This document shows, one piece after another, positions 56,243 to 64,000 of a stretch of 64,000 nt of DNA. Below the pieces are notes generated by a model. That model worked only from the letters and a program-made list of their open reading frames with translations, had not been told where the DNA came from and searched no databases. The translations under genes and the position numbers were made by a program. The DNA lies in the IMG/VR virus record IMGVR_UViG_3300022555_000009, one strand, 5' to 3'. Numbering within the stretch: the first letter of the stretch is position 1; each line of letters begins with the position of its first letter. Source of the DNA: a virus.

Positions 56243-58660
56243 CTATTGAAGTAGTTGCTGCGTTTTTTGTCGATGTAAAAGATCCTCGTCACTTAAATCT
56301 TCTGCAGTGTCAGCGTCAATTTGATCTTGCTCAAAAGTACTTTTTATATCCCCAAAATTTAACTTATCAGGTTTGGTTTTTGGGTTTTGTTTTTCCATTA
56401 TAATCTGTACGGACTCTTGTAAGCTTTTCTTTTTCTCGGGAGTCAGGCCCCCCTTAGCAGCCTTCAAGGTTTCATATACGTCTCTCATGTTCGAAGGAAT
56501 CTCTGAGTACTTATAATGGCGATTATTTATCGTTGCTTCTTCTAAATCTAGCCATTTCTGCATGATAGCTTCTTGTACAATTTCTCTTGATTCAACGTAA
56601 CGTACTGTGAGTTCTCGCACTCGAGCTTCGCGCAAGCGATTCTTCTTCCAACGAGTAATTTCTTCCTTAGCTCGAGGCTCTTCTTCCTCTTCGCCCTCTT
56701 CGTTGCCAGTTTCATCCTCTCCGGCAGCTAATTCTTCTCCAGCTCCAGCGTTTTCTTCTCCGCCTTCTACGGCTCCAAATCCTCCGCCACCAATTTCAGT
56801 ACCGAACTCATCACCGCCCTCAAATTCTTTATCCTCATTATCGCCCTCAAGACCCTCTCCTTCGACTTCTGAGGGCTCTCCAAAATCATCTCCTCCGCTG
56901 TCTCCGTAAGCTCCAAAATCGTCAGCAGACCCTCCCGAGCCTCCGCCAATTGACGAAATGCCTCCGCCACCACCTGTTCCAGACTCATCTCCTCCAAGGT
57001 CATCGGCTGCCTCCGTATTATCCAGATTCCTCTTCTTTACCCACTTCTTAATATCCTTAGGATCCAAGAAAGAGAATTTAGTTAAAATATCTTGGACGAC
57101 TTCCTGAGGCAAAGGATCATTGATGGCCCCTATAATACCAGACACTGTATCTATAACGTCTTTACTCAGAGATAAGCTATTCGTTTTTGATTGAACTCTC
57201 TCGTCCGAGGATTCTTCGTTAGGGAATTTCATTGAAAGAACGAAAGGCTCGGTATAGTCGAATTCACCTGTAATAGCGAAGTGTAGTCTAAACAGATTAG
57301 ATAATCCGTCGATGAATGCTGATTGTAAGGTGTATACTCTTCTTGCGAAGGGTTTGAATTGCTCGACCAGCGAGATTGCAGACACTCCGAAATTGCCCCA
57401 TTCATTAACTAAATATCCCTTTGGAATTCCCGAAGCAATAGCCACGTCGTCCCGGTACATTTCGAGGTCGCCGATAGCATTAACATCAATGTTAGGAGAG
57501 TGTACGGATACGTTGACAAGACCGTCAGGTACCCACATCTTCGTATTAACGGAGTAGGCTTCTGAACTATTACCTTGCTCGCCAATATTTTCATATTGCT
57601 CACGAGCTTCATTGATTTTTTCGAACTGCTGAGATTCGTCCATACCGGGCGTAGTTTTTACACTATACACTGTGATAGGATACGACATTACGCGTGCGAT
57701 AGACTGCAAAGTTTTTGTGGCGTTATACTGTCTAAAGGGCGCCAGGGCCTTTAAGAAAATAGATTTACCCATTGGATAAAACTCGGATTGCTCTGAATTC
57801 AATCTAAAATGAGAAACGCACCAGGGGGGCAATACCAGATCGCCATCCGTAACGAAGCCGAATAGCTTCTTGTCGAAGAGATCAGCATACTCGTCATTTT
57901 CTTCGTCATTTAATCGTGAGAATAACATCTGCAGCTTTGAGTCTCGAGAAAGAGCTGCTACAATGTTATTATTCAAAGCAATCTTAGATGCAACTTGGAC
58001 GGGATCAAACTCTAATCGTTCGGTCACTTGGTGAACATCCAGAGGATTAATTCTTATGACGCCGTCTCTAGTTACTTTATTAGACCAAAAAGCATCTCCA
58101 GACCAGGCCATATTGTACATAGCGGAGCGCACCCTGTTTTGAGTAACTCCCCATTGCCTCAAGAGATTTTCCATTCTGGTTTTCATTCTAGGATCAGAAC
58201 AATCGATATTTATAAGCTGGCCCTGTACGTCTAACTGTGTTCCTTCATCAGCATACAGATCCACAGCCATAGATAGGAAAGGATCATTCGTTATAGCAAA
58301 TTGAAGCTCAGCCAAGCGCTTTAACCTATCCTGATAACCGGTGAAAGTATCAGTAGTATCAGTGAGCCAGGCGTCGAATAATGTTTCGAGGCGCGAAGAA
58401 AGCTTCGTTGTAAAAGTCTTGCCGAGTTTGCCCTGAGCAATTCTCATATCGGAATCAGGATCTACTTTTACGAAATCTACGTTATGCTTTGCGAATGTAC
58501 CTTTATTTCCTCCCGATCGGCGGAAGCCGAAAAGAGAGGTAAGATTTCTTACGAATCGAAATCGTTGTTTCTGAGATTTTGCTAGTTGAGCATCCTTACT
58601 GCTGTCAGAACCGACGCCTGGAAGAGGTCCAGCTCCACCACTATTTAATTTAGCCGCCAT
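56243..58660 (-). CDS. Portal protein (T4 gp20-like) with long acidic Gly-rich C-terminal extension
   Basis: AVDLYADE, GDAFW, VSHFRL...FYPMGKSI, IASGIPKGYL and FARRVYTLQ. Confidence 0.9.
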   Translation of the reverse strand: MAAKLNSGGAGPLPGVGSDSSKDAQLAKSQKQRFRFVRNLTSLFGFRRSGGNKGTFAKHNVDFVKVDPDSDMRIAQGKLGKTFTTKLSSRLETLFDAWLTDTTDTFTGYQDRLKRLAELQFAITNDPFLSMAVDLYADEGTQLDVQGQLINIDCSDPRMKTRMENLLRQWGVTQNRVRSAMYNMAWSGDAFWSNKVTRDGVIRINPLDVHQVTERLEFDPVQVASKIALNNNIVAALSRDSKLQMLFSRLNDEENDEYADLFDKKLFGFVTDGDLVLPPWCVSHFRLNSEQSEFYPMGKSIFLKALAPFRQYNATKTLQSIARVMSYPITVYSVKTTPGMDESQQFEKINEAREQYENIGEQGNSSEAYSVNTKMWVPDGLVNVSVHSPNIDVNAIGDLEMYRDDVAIASGIPKGYLVNEWGNFGVSAISLVEQFKPFARRVYTLQSAFIDGLSNLFRLHFAITGEFDYTEPFVLSMKFPNEESSDERVQSKTNSLSLSKDVIDTVSGIIGAINDPLPQEVVQDILTKFSFLDPKDIKKWVKKRNLDNTEAADDLGGDESGTGGGGGISSIGGGSGGSADDFGAYGDSGGDDFGEPSEVEGEGLEGDNEDKEFEGGDEFGTEIGGGGFGAVEGGEENAGAGEELAAGEDETGNEEGEEEEEPRAKEEITRWKKNRLREARVRELTVRYVESREIVQEAIMQKWLDLEEATINNRHYKYSEIPSNMRDVYETLKAAKGGLTPEKKKSLQESVQIIMEKQNPKTKPDKLNFGDIKSTFEQDQIDADTAEDLSDEDLLHRQKTQQLLQ

Positions 58661-59075
58661 TTAATTTCCTTCTATGTCCCTTTTTAATTAGTTTCAAAAT
58701 TCTATTAACAGTCTCTTCCGGATCCTGGTTATACTCTGATTCCCACACAATGACTACTTTTAATCCTTTCTTTTCTAAGAAAGCTGTTCTTTTTTTATCT
58801 TTGGCCCATATAGTAGATGCTTTTAACCTCATGATTTTTCTATCGGCTGTGTACTTCTCGGGATTGGCATGCCAAAAATCTCCATGAAACTCTATGGCTG
58901 TTTTCCAATCTTCTATAAAAAAATCCACTTGATAAAAAGTTTTCTTGGTCTTAAATACCATCCATTCGCCATTTAAATCGCTGTAATGTAGCCTTAGATT
59001 AGGATAGAGCTCGTGGAGCTTCTCATGTAACTCTCTACAAAATCGCTGACTGACTGCTGAGACTCCGGTCCACAT
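58650..59075 (-). CDS. Vsr/DUF559-like endonuclease
   Basis: VDFF...AIEFHGDFWHANP...VVIVWESE. Confidence 0.85.
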   Translation of the reverse strand: MWTGVSAVSQRFCRELHEKLHELYPNLRLHYSDLNGEWMVFKTKKTFYQVDFFIEDWKTAIEFHGDFWHANPEKYTADRKIMRLKASTIWAKDKKRTAFLEKKGLKVVIVWESEYNQDPEETVNRILKLIKKGHRRKLNGG

Positions 59076-59335
59076 TAGTAATATATTTTCGATGTTCGAC
59101 CAGACGGATGAGAGTGTCTCATCCTGCCGGAAATGTAATCGAGGTTGGCGCCATGATCTCCATTGCTAATATCAGACACCGCTTTAAAATCATCCGGAAT
59201 ATGTATAGATTGCCCAAAAACTCTATGAGCTTTTTTACCACACTTACATTTAATAGATGCTGGGTGGTCTTCCATCATAGGCATTTCCACTTCAGTTGTT
59301 TCCTTACAAGAGTCGCATAGGTACGGATATATCAC
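59075..59335 (-). CDS. FmdB-family zinc ribbon protein
   Basis: MIYPYLCDSC...CKCG...RVF. Confidence 0.8.
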   Translation of the reverse strand: MIYPYLCDSCKETTEVEMPMMEDHPASIKCKCGKKAHRVFGQSIHIPDDFKAVSDISNGDHGANLDYISGRMRHSHPSGRTSKIYY

Positions 59336-59771
59336 AAAAATCTCCTTCTATTAGATTTTTCCTAACAGTGTAATAAGTTAGTGTTTCGAGTTCTTTTTTC
59401 AAATAATTCCTTTTATTTTTTCTTCTCTCTGCTATATCTAAGATATCTTTAAAGATATAAAATCGACTATCTCCTCTCGCTACTTTTACGGCCAAGACAA
59501 TCCAACAAAGAGCTCCTACTGTTTTTTCTTTAAGATCCAGTAGATTTTGAATCTGATGATCTTCTATGCGTTGAAGATCAAAAGACTGAAGTTTGTTGAG
59601 AAATTTTACCTCGCAATACCAGGGCAGCCCCCGTACCGAACCGAATAAGTCAAAGGGGCGCGGTATAGTATTTATAAATTGCCCTGTTGGATCTGGTATC
59701 TTATATGCTAGATCTCCTTGAATCATAAGGGAGTTCTTAAGTATGGTGCATGCTTCCGACTCGTTTTTCAT
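59304..59771 (-). CDS. RecU-like Holliday junction resolvase
   Basis: NESE, KIPD, RPFDL, CEVK and HQIQNL. Confidence 0.75.
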   Translation of the reverse strand: MKNESEACTILKNSLMIQGDLAYKIPDPTGQFINTIPRPFDLFGSVRGLPWYCEVKFLNKLQSFDLQRIEDHQIQNLLDLKEKTVGALCWIVLAVKVARGDSRFYIFKDILDIAERRKNKRNYLKKELETLTYYTVRKNLIEGDFCDISVPMRLL

Positions 59772-59775
59772 TGTG

Positions 59776-59801
59776 ACTAATTAGTAACAAACTGACTAAT
59801 T
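59776..59801. promoter_or_regulatory. Palindromic ACTAATTAGT plus a second ACTAATT at a divergent junction
   Basis: Motifs at 59776-85 and 59795-801. Confidence 0.7.
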
Positions 59802-59820
59802 TAGAGTAGGAACTTAAAGC

Positions 59821-60345
59821 ATGGAAAACTCAATAATTACAATATGCGGTAAGGTTGAAGCGGTTGTGTATGATAAGGATGGCAACGAATTAAGTAAGTC
59901 TGTCAGTCATAACATCGTCACCTCAAGTGGAGACTCCTTGATTGCGGATATGCTTCAGCTAGTCCCCGTGAGACAGAAAATAGACTCTACTCATGGATAT
60001 CTTCCCGTTGGTACAGGCTGGACGGGTACTTTACCTAAGGCAAATACTTGGGTTAATACTCAAACGGGAATCGCGCAAGTTTTGGACACAGGGTATCCTC
60101 AATTACTAGCAGCTTGGGGCGGCAGTGCGACTCCGGCTTCGAATTCTAATGTCGTGGTATACCGAGTAACATATACTCAGGGATCTTTGAATGTGTCTGG
60201 CATAAACGAGGCAGCAATAACTTCGGATTTGAATTCGGGCTCTTCGGTTAACTGTTTAGCCTACGCTCAGATTACACCTTCTGTAAATGTCACTACTTTA
60301 GATTCACTCGTTGTGACATGGCAAATTACATTCTTGGGAAGTTGA
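59821..60345 (+). CDS. Virion structural protein (tail-collar / fibre-base like)
   Basis: HNIVTSSG...VGTG...INEAAI...LVVTWQITF. Confidence 0.7.
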   Translation: MENSIITICGKVEAVVYDKDGNELSKSVSHNIVTSSGDSLIADMLQLVPVRQKIDSTHGYLPVGTGWTGTLPKANTWVNTQTGIAQVLDTGYPQLLAAWGGSATPASNSNVVVYRVTYTQGSLNVSGINEAAITSDLNSGSSVNCLAYAQITPSVNVTTLDSLVVTWQITFLGS

Positions 60346-60348
60346 TAA

Positions 60349-60957
60349 ATGGAAATAAATAATTTAGTGGACAGTGGGTCCGCGCGCGTAATAAGGGGAG
60401 CAGGTATGCACAATGAAGTTAATCATCTCGAGGGAAAATATACTCTCACATGCAGAGACGAGAATGGTAATCTCAAGTGGGAAGATGTTATAGAGAATAC
60501 GGTAGTAGATGTAGGCAAGAAGCATATTCTTGACACTATGTTTGGTACAGGTGCGTACACTCCAACTGGACCTTTCATGGGACTCATTAGCGGAGTAGGT
60601 TGGTCTTCGGTTGCTGCTGGAGACACTATGGGTACTCACGCTGGTTGGTATGAGTGCGGTGTCGACGGTTCTCACGGGCCAACAGTAACAGCACGTATAA
60701 CTGCGAACGGCGGTTTCTCTGCGGCATCAGGTACAGGCACCGTTACTAAGGCTTTAACATCAGCGTTATCTTTCACAATAGCCACAATAACTGGTGGAAC
60801 CTCTGTTCAAGGCTGCTTTATGGTCATGGCTTCTGGCGCAGTATCTACTATAGGCAATACGGGTGGAACTTTGTACTCTGGTGGTGCTTTTACAGGTGGC
60901 GCCAAGACAGTAGCAGTAAATGACGCTATCCAGGTGTCTTACTCCACAACAATGTAA
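60349..60957 (+). CDS. Virion structural protein related to the preceding fold
   Basis: LKWEDVIENTVVDVG...GTLYS...DAIQVSY. Confidence 0.7.
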   Translation: MEINNLVDSGSARVIRGAGMHNEVNHLEGKYTLTCRDENGNLKWEDVIENTVVDVGKKHILDTMFGTGAYTPTGPFMGLISGVGWSSVAAGDTMGTHAGWYECGVDGSHGPTVTARITANGGFSAASGTGTVTKALTSALSFTIATITGGTSVQGCFMVMASGAVSTIGNTGGTLYSGGAFTGGAKTVAVNDAIQVSYSTTM

Positions 60958-61007
60958 GGATTATACAAGGATATCTTACTCAGTAAACGCGACATGGAGA
61001 ATACAAT

Positions 61008-61187
61008 ATGATAAATGAGCTTTATAAATACTTAATGAGTCAGGCGGGCAATACAAACTATTTTACTATGACAGCAATAGTTCAAGAAGGAGATCCTTTA
61101 ACTGTATTGATCCAACCGGCCCAAACTGCTGGGGATTTTATAAAATTGAATATTCATCAAGATGGAAATATGGAGATAGTTTCTTAA
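61008..61187 (+). CDS. Small hypothetical protein (59 aa), not in ORF track
   Basis: GGAGA RBS. The ORF fills the gap before 61189. Confidence 0.5.
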   Translation: MINELYKYLMSQAGNTNYFTMTAIVQEGDPLTVLIQPAQTAGDFIKLNIHQDGNMEIVS

Positions 61188-61188
61188 T

Positions 61189-61413
61189 ATGATAAGTGGC
61201 GCTAAACCTGGATCTTTTCTAACTCAGGTAACTGATTGGTCCACAGGAATAACCTATGCATTGTACCAGTATGTATATTACTCAGGTAATCTGTATAGGT
61301 GTACTACTGCTCATACCTCCACCTCATTCCCTGCTAATATAGCAAATTGGCTGGCATTGAATTCCTCCGCCTATACCTCTATGGATATAGGCATGGTTAT
61401 AGCATTATCATAG
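61189..61413 (+). CDS. Small CBM5/12-like (chitin-binding-like) protein
   Basis: WSTGITY....VYYSGNLYRCTTAHTS...NW. Confidence 0.7.
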   Translation: MISGAKPGSFLTQVTDWSTGITYALYQYVYYSGNLYRCTTAHTSTSFPANIANWLALNSSAYTSMDIGMVIALS

Positions 61414-61423
61414 AAGGCAAATA

Positions 61424-61984
61424 ATGAAATTAATGATAGGAAGTGACATAGGGACATATACATTCAATCCAGCCACTAGGCAGATAGCATTGAATAATAT
61501 TGGCGCCACTCTTTCCCTGTCTAACTTCATGGTGATAACAAATGTAACCAGCAATGTCCTGATATACAACTTTATGAACGCGTCCTTGGGGGCAACGGCG
61601 CTAAACAACAATGTAATAACATTGGCGTATAACACTACCTCCATGAGTTCCAATGATGCCCTACAGATATTCATAAATATAGACCAGACGGAATCCTTAG
61701 CAGCGCTATTAAGAAGGATGAACAAGCTTCTAGAGAGCAATGCTATTGTAGACTCCTCCTTGAGGCAGAGAGTGGTAATAGAAGCAGGATCGGTGGCTGT
61801 AACAAATGCTACTGGACTTGGAGTATCAATATCGGGTAATACCTCTGGAGGTAACCCATACTCACTGACATCCGTGGGAACATTGAATATAAATGAAGGC
61901 CCTGTTGATCAAAGATGGAGGATAGCCAACGATACAAGGCAGTCCTATGCATTGGGAATAAGAAGCCAGCTTCAATGGAGTTAG
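61424..61984 (+). CDS. Tail-associated protein, tandem paralog 1
   Basis: YTFNPA...ITNVT..IYNF...ITLAYNTT.MS..D.LQIF, shared with the next gene. Confidence 0.7.
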   Translation: MKLMIGSDIGTYTFNPATRQIALNNIGATLSLSNFMVITNVTSNVLIYNFMNASLGATALNNNVITLAYNTTSMSSNDALQIFINIDQTESLAALLRRMNKLLESNAIVDSSLRQRVVIEAGSVAVTNATGLGVSISGNTSGGNPYSLTSVGTLNINEGPVDQRWRIANDTRQSYALGIRSQLQWS

Positions 61985-61985
61985 A

Positions 61986-62639
61986 ATGAAATATCTTGTA
62001 GGCTCGGACTTTGGCTCTTACACATTCAATGCAGCAGCTAAGACAATAACATTATCTGGAATAAATACAAATACCTATAGGGTAAGCATAAATCTAACTT
62101 TAAATCAAATCCTACTGATAACCAATGTAACCACCAATGTAATAATATACAACTTCACCAACAATGCACTAGGTGCTACATCAATAGTGAATAATGTCAT
62201 CACATTAACCTATAATACAACAGGAATGAATAACTCTGATGTACTACAGATATTCATAGACTTTCCTTCTGATATTGACTCAATACCCACATTATTAAGA
62301 AGAATGAATAAACTTCTTGAAAGTCAGGCAATCGTGGATTCACAGGGTAGGCAGAGGGTTATTGCTGACTCAATAGCTGGAACTACAGCAATAACGGCAG
62401 CAACATCCTTAGGGCCTAATATAATATCTAATGTTCCGGGAGGTAATCCTTATATAATACCTACGGACCCCGCTACTTGGACAAAGGATGCCTTTGGAGC
62501 TTATGACCCCACAACGGGTACTGCCATACAGACACCTACGGTACCAACAACAGAAAAAGGAATAGACCAACGATGGAGAATATGCGATGATACTCATAGA
62601 ACTTATTGTGATGGAATAAGAACCCAATTAAACTTCTAA
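61986..62639 (+). CDS. Tail-associated protein, tandem paralog 2
   Basis: Shares LLRRMNKLLES.AIVDS..RQRV and DQRWRI..DT with the previous gene. Confidence 0.7.
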   Translation: MKYLVGSDFGSYTFNAAAKTITLSGINTNTYRVSINLTLNQILLITNVTTNVIIYNFTNNALGATSIVNNVITLTYNTTGMNNSDVLQIFIDFPSDIDSIPTLLRRMNKLLESQAIVDSQGRQRVIADSIAGTTAITAATSLGPNIISNVPGGNPYIIPTDPATWTKDAFGAYDPTTGTAIQTPTVPTTEKGIDQRWRICDDTHRTYCDGIRTQLNF

Positions 62640-62693
62640 AAAAATAAAATGAAAGATAATATAAATAGATTTTATGGTAAGGAGAACTTATAA

Positions 62694-64000
62694 ATGGCTT
62701 TGGTAAATAAACTTCAAAAGCAGGTGGATCTCCCCGTATGGGAGTGGATGAGATTCCTTCCTCAGGCTACAGCTGCTGGTACCGCCATGTGCGCCATCGA
62801 TGATGGTAATGCCAGATACATGTATGTACTCACGGCCACAGCGGTTCCAAACTCCTTCTGGAGATATGATACATGGTCTGATGCTTGGGCATTATTGGCC
62901 GCTCCCCCTGTAGTTCCAGCCACATCCTTGGGACTTAAGTATTCCAAATACAGTGGATTCAGGGGAAAGGTTCTCTATGTTCCTGATACTACACATATAA
63001 GGATAGCAGGTGTAAGGGCAGGGCTCTTTGATGGCATGACAGTAAGGATAATCTCTGGAACAGGAGCGGGACAGGAACGCACAGTTACAGCTGGAGGAAC
63101 CTCAGCGCCTACTGTTGTTGACGGTGGGTTCTTCTCGACAGTATCCGGTGTTGCCACCGCTACAGATGGATTGAAGAAATGGACATACAATCAATGGCAG
63201 GGATATCATTGCAGGGCAACCTATGGAACTGGATTAGGGCAGGTAAGGAAAATATTATACAATGATCCTACAATTCTTTATTTCAATGATGTTAACTGGC
63301 AGCAACTGGATTCTTGGCATAACACTGGGTGGTCCTCACAGTCTCCTTATGCGGCACCAGCAGCACAGACAGGGTATCAGATAGAATATTCCACATTGAC
63401 ACTAAGCTCGGCATGGACTACTAGTCCTGATACTACATCAACATTTTTGATACTATCGGGAGGAATATGGGCAACATCCTCTGCTGGTACTCCCGGATGG
63501 TCAACACACCAATACTATGATATTGCCACTGATGTATGGTATACAAAAACAGCAATAGCGGGTAATATAGTAGCGGCTTTGGGAACTGACTGGTCTTTGG
63601 AGAGGACTGGTGAGATAGGTGGGGCATACGTATCCTCAGTAACTGCAACAGCTGGTACTGCAAGGACATTGACAGCATCAACAGCATGGACAGTTGATCA
63701 ATGGGTTAACTATCAATTAAGAATACTATCTGGAACTGGAGCAGGACAGAGAAGAAGGATAGTTGGTAATACAGCTACAATTCTTACTGTTGAAAGAAAC
63801 TTTGATGTTAACCCTGATAATACATCAGTATTCTCCATATTCGCCAATACAGATTTAATGTATTTCTCTGGAGATGCACAGGGTAGCCTTCTTAGCTATA
63901 ATGTTGAACAAGATACTTGGGCTACATCAAACGTATTTGACTTTGGCACCGTAAGACAGGCATACATATCAGTTCCCGGTGCTACAGGGTGGCCAGCGCA
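62694..64000 (+). CDS. Beta-propeller-like tail/receptor-binding protein, runs off the window end; not in ORF track
   Basis: TAAGGAG RBS. Begins MALVNKLQKQVDLPVWEWMRF...FWRYDTWSDAW, with repeated IISGTGAGQ.R motifs. No stop was seen before 64000. Confidence 0.75.
   Translation, partial: MALVNKLQKQVDLPVWEWMRFLPQATAAGTAMCAIDDGNARYMYVLTATAVPNSFWRYDTWSDAWALLAAPPVVPATSLGLKYSKYSGFRGKVLYVPDTTHIRIAGVRAGLFDGMTVRIISGTGAGQERTVTAGGTSAPTVVDGGFFSTVSGVATATDGLKKWTYNQWQGYHCRATYGTGLGQVRKILYNDPTILYFNDVNWQQLDSWHNTGWSSQSPYAAPAAQTGYQIEYSTLTLSSAWTTSPDTTSTFLILSGGIWATSSAGTPGWSTHQYYDIATDVWYTKTAIAGNIVAALGTDWSLERTGEIGGAYVSSVTATAGTARTLTASTAWTVDQWVNYQLRILSGTGAGQRRRIVGNTATILTVERNFDVNPDNTSVFSIFANTDLMYFSGDAQGSLLSYNVEQDTWATSNVFDFGTVRQAYISVPGATGWPA

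Noticed and set aside
1-64000. CRISPR array, tRNA genes, or DGR/retron reverse transcriptase
   Set aside because: No regularly spaced repeats, tRNA T-loop/anticodon pattern or RT (YxDD) gene was recognised by eye.
1-64000. Stop-codon reassignment
   Set aside because: Genes are full length and tightly packed in code 11, and TAA, TAG and TGA all terminate recognisable proteins.

Overview
This 64 kb window comes from a large tailed dsDNA phage, most likely a contractile-tailed myovirus, read in the standard genetic code. It has a T4-like head module (gp20-like portal, fused gp21/gp22-like protease-scaffold, gp23-like major capsid), baseplate, tail and fibre genes, and two peptidoglycan hydrolases. 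Its replication and recombination genes are of bacterial type: DnaB, DnaC-like loader, DnaX, RecA with a UvsY-like partner, SbcC/Rad50, an SNF2 helicase, a RecU-like resolvase, and only the C-terminal third of a family A DNA polymerase. Mobile elements are two inteins (QueE and RecA), a non-autonomous IS200/IS605 element with intact tnpB, and homing endonuclease genes or remnants. The most notable observations outside the ORF track are: (1) a split PolA whose C-terminal half starts with a split-intein-IntC-like strand but lacks splicing residues; (2) an intergenic ~100-nt structured element with a perfect 17-nt complement to the 16S rRNA 3' end; (3) a candidate +1 frameshift (GGAGG-UUU-UCU-UUU-CGA) in the tail assembly chaperone; (4) a recurrent ACTAATT promoter motif, a phage sigma-like gene, and the same motif inside the IS element; (5) a multi-stem leader upstream of the major capsid gene; (6) a small protein carrying a copy of the capsid Gol-like segment, next to a Tad2-like gene. 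All calls come from motif recognition by eye; no database searches were run.
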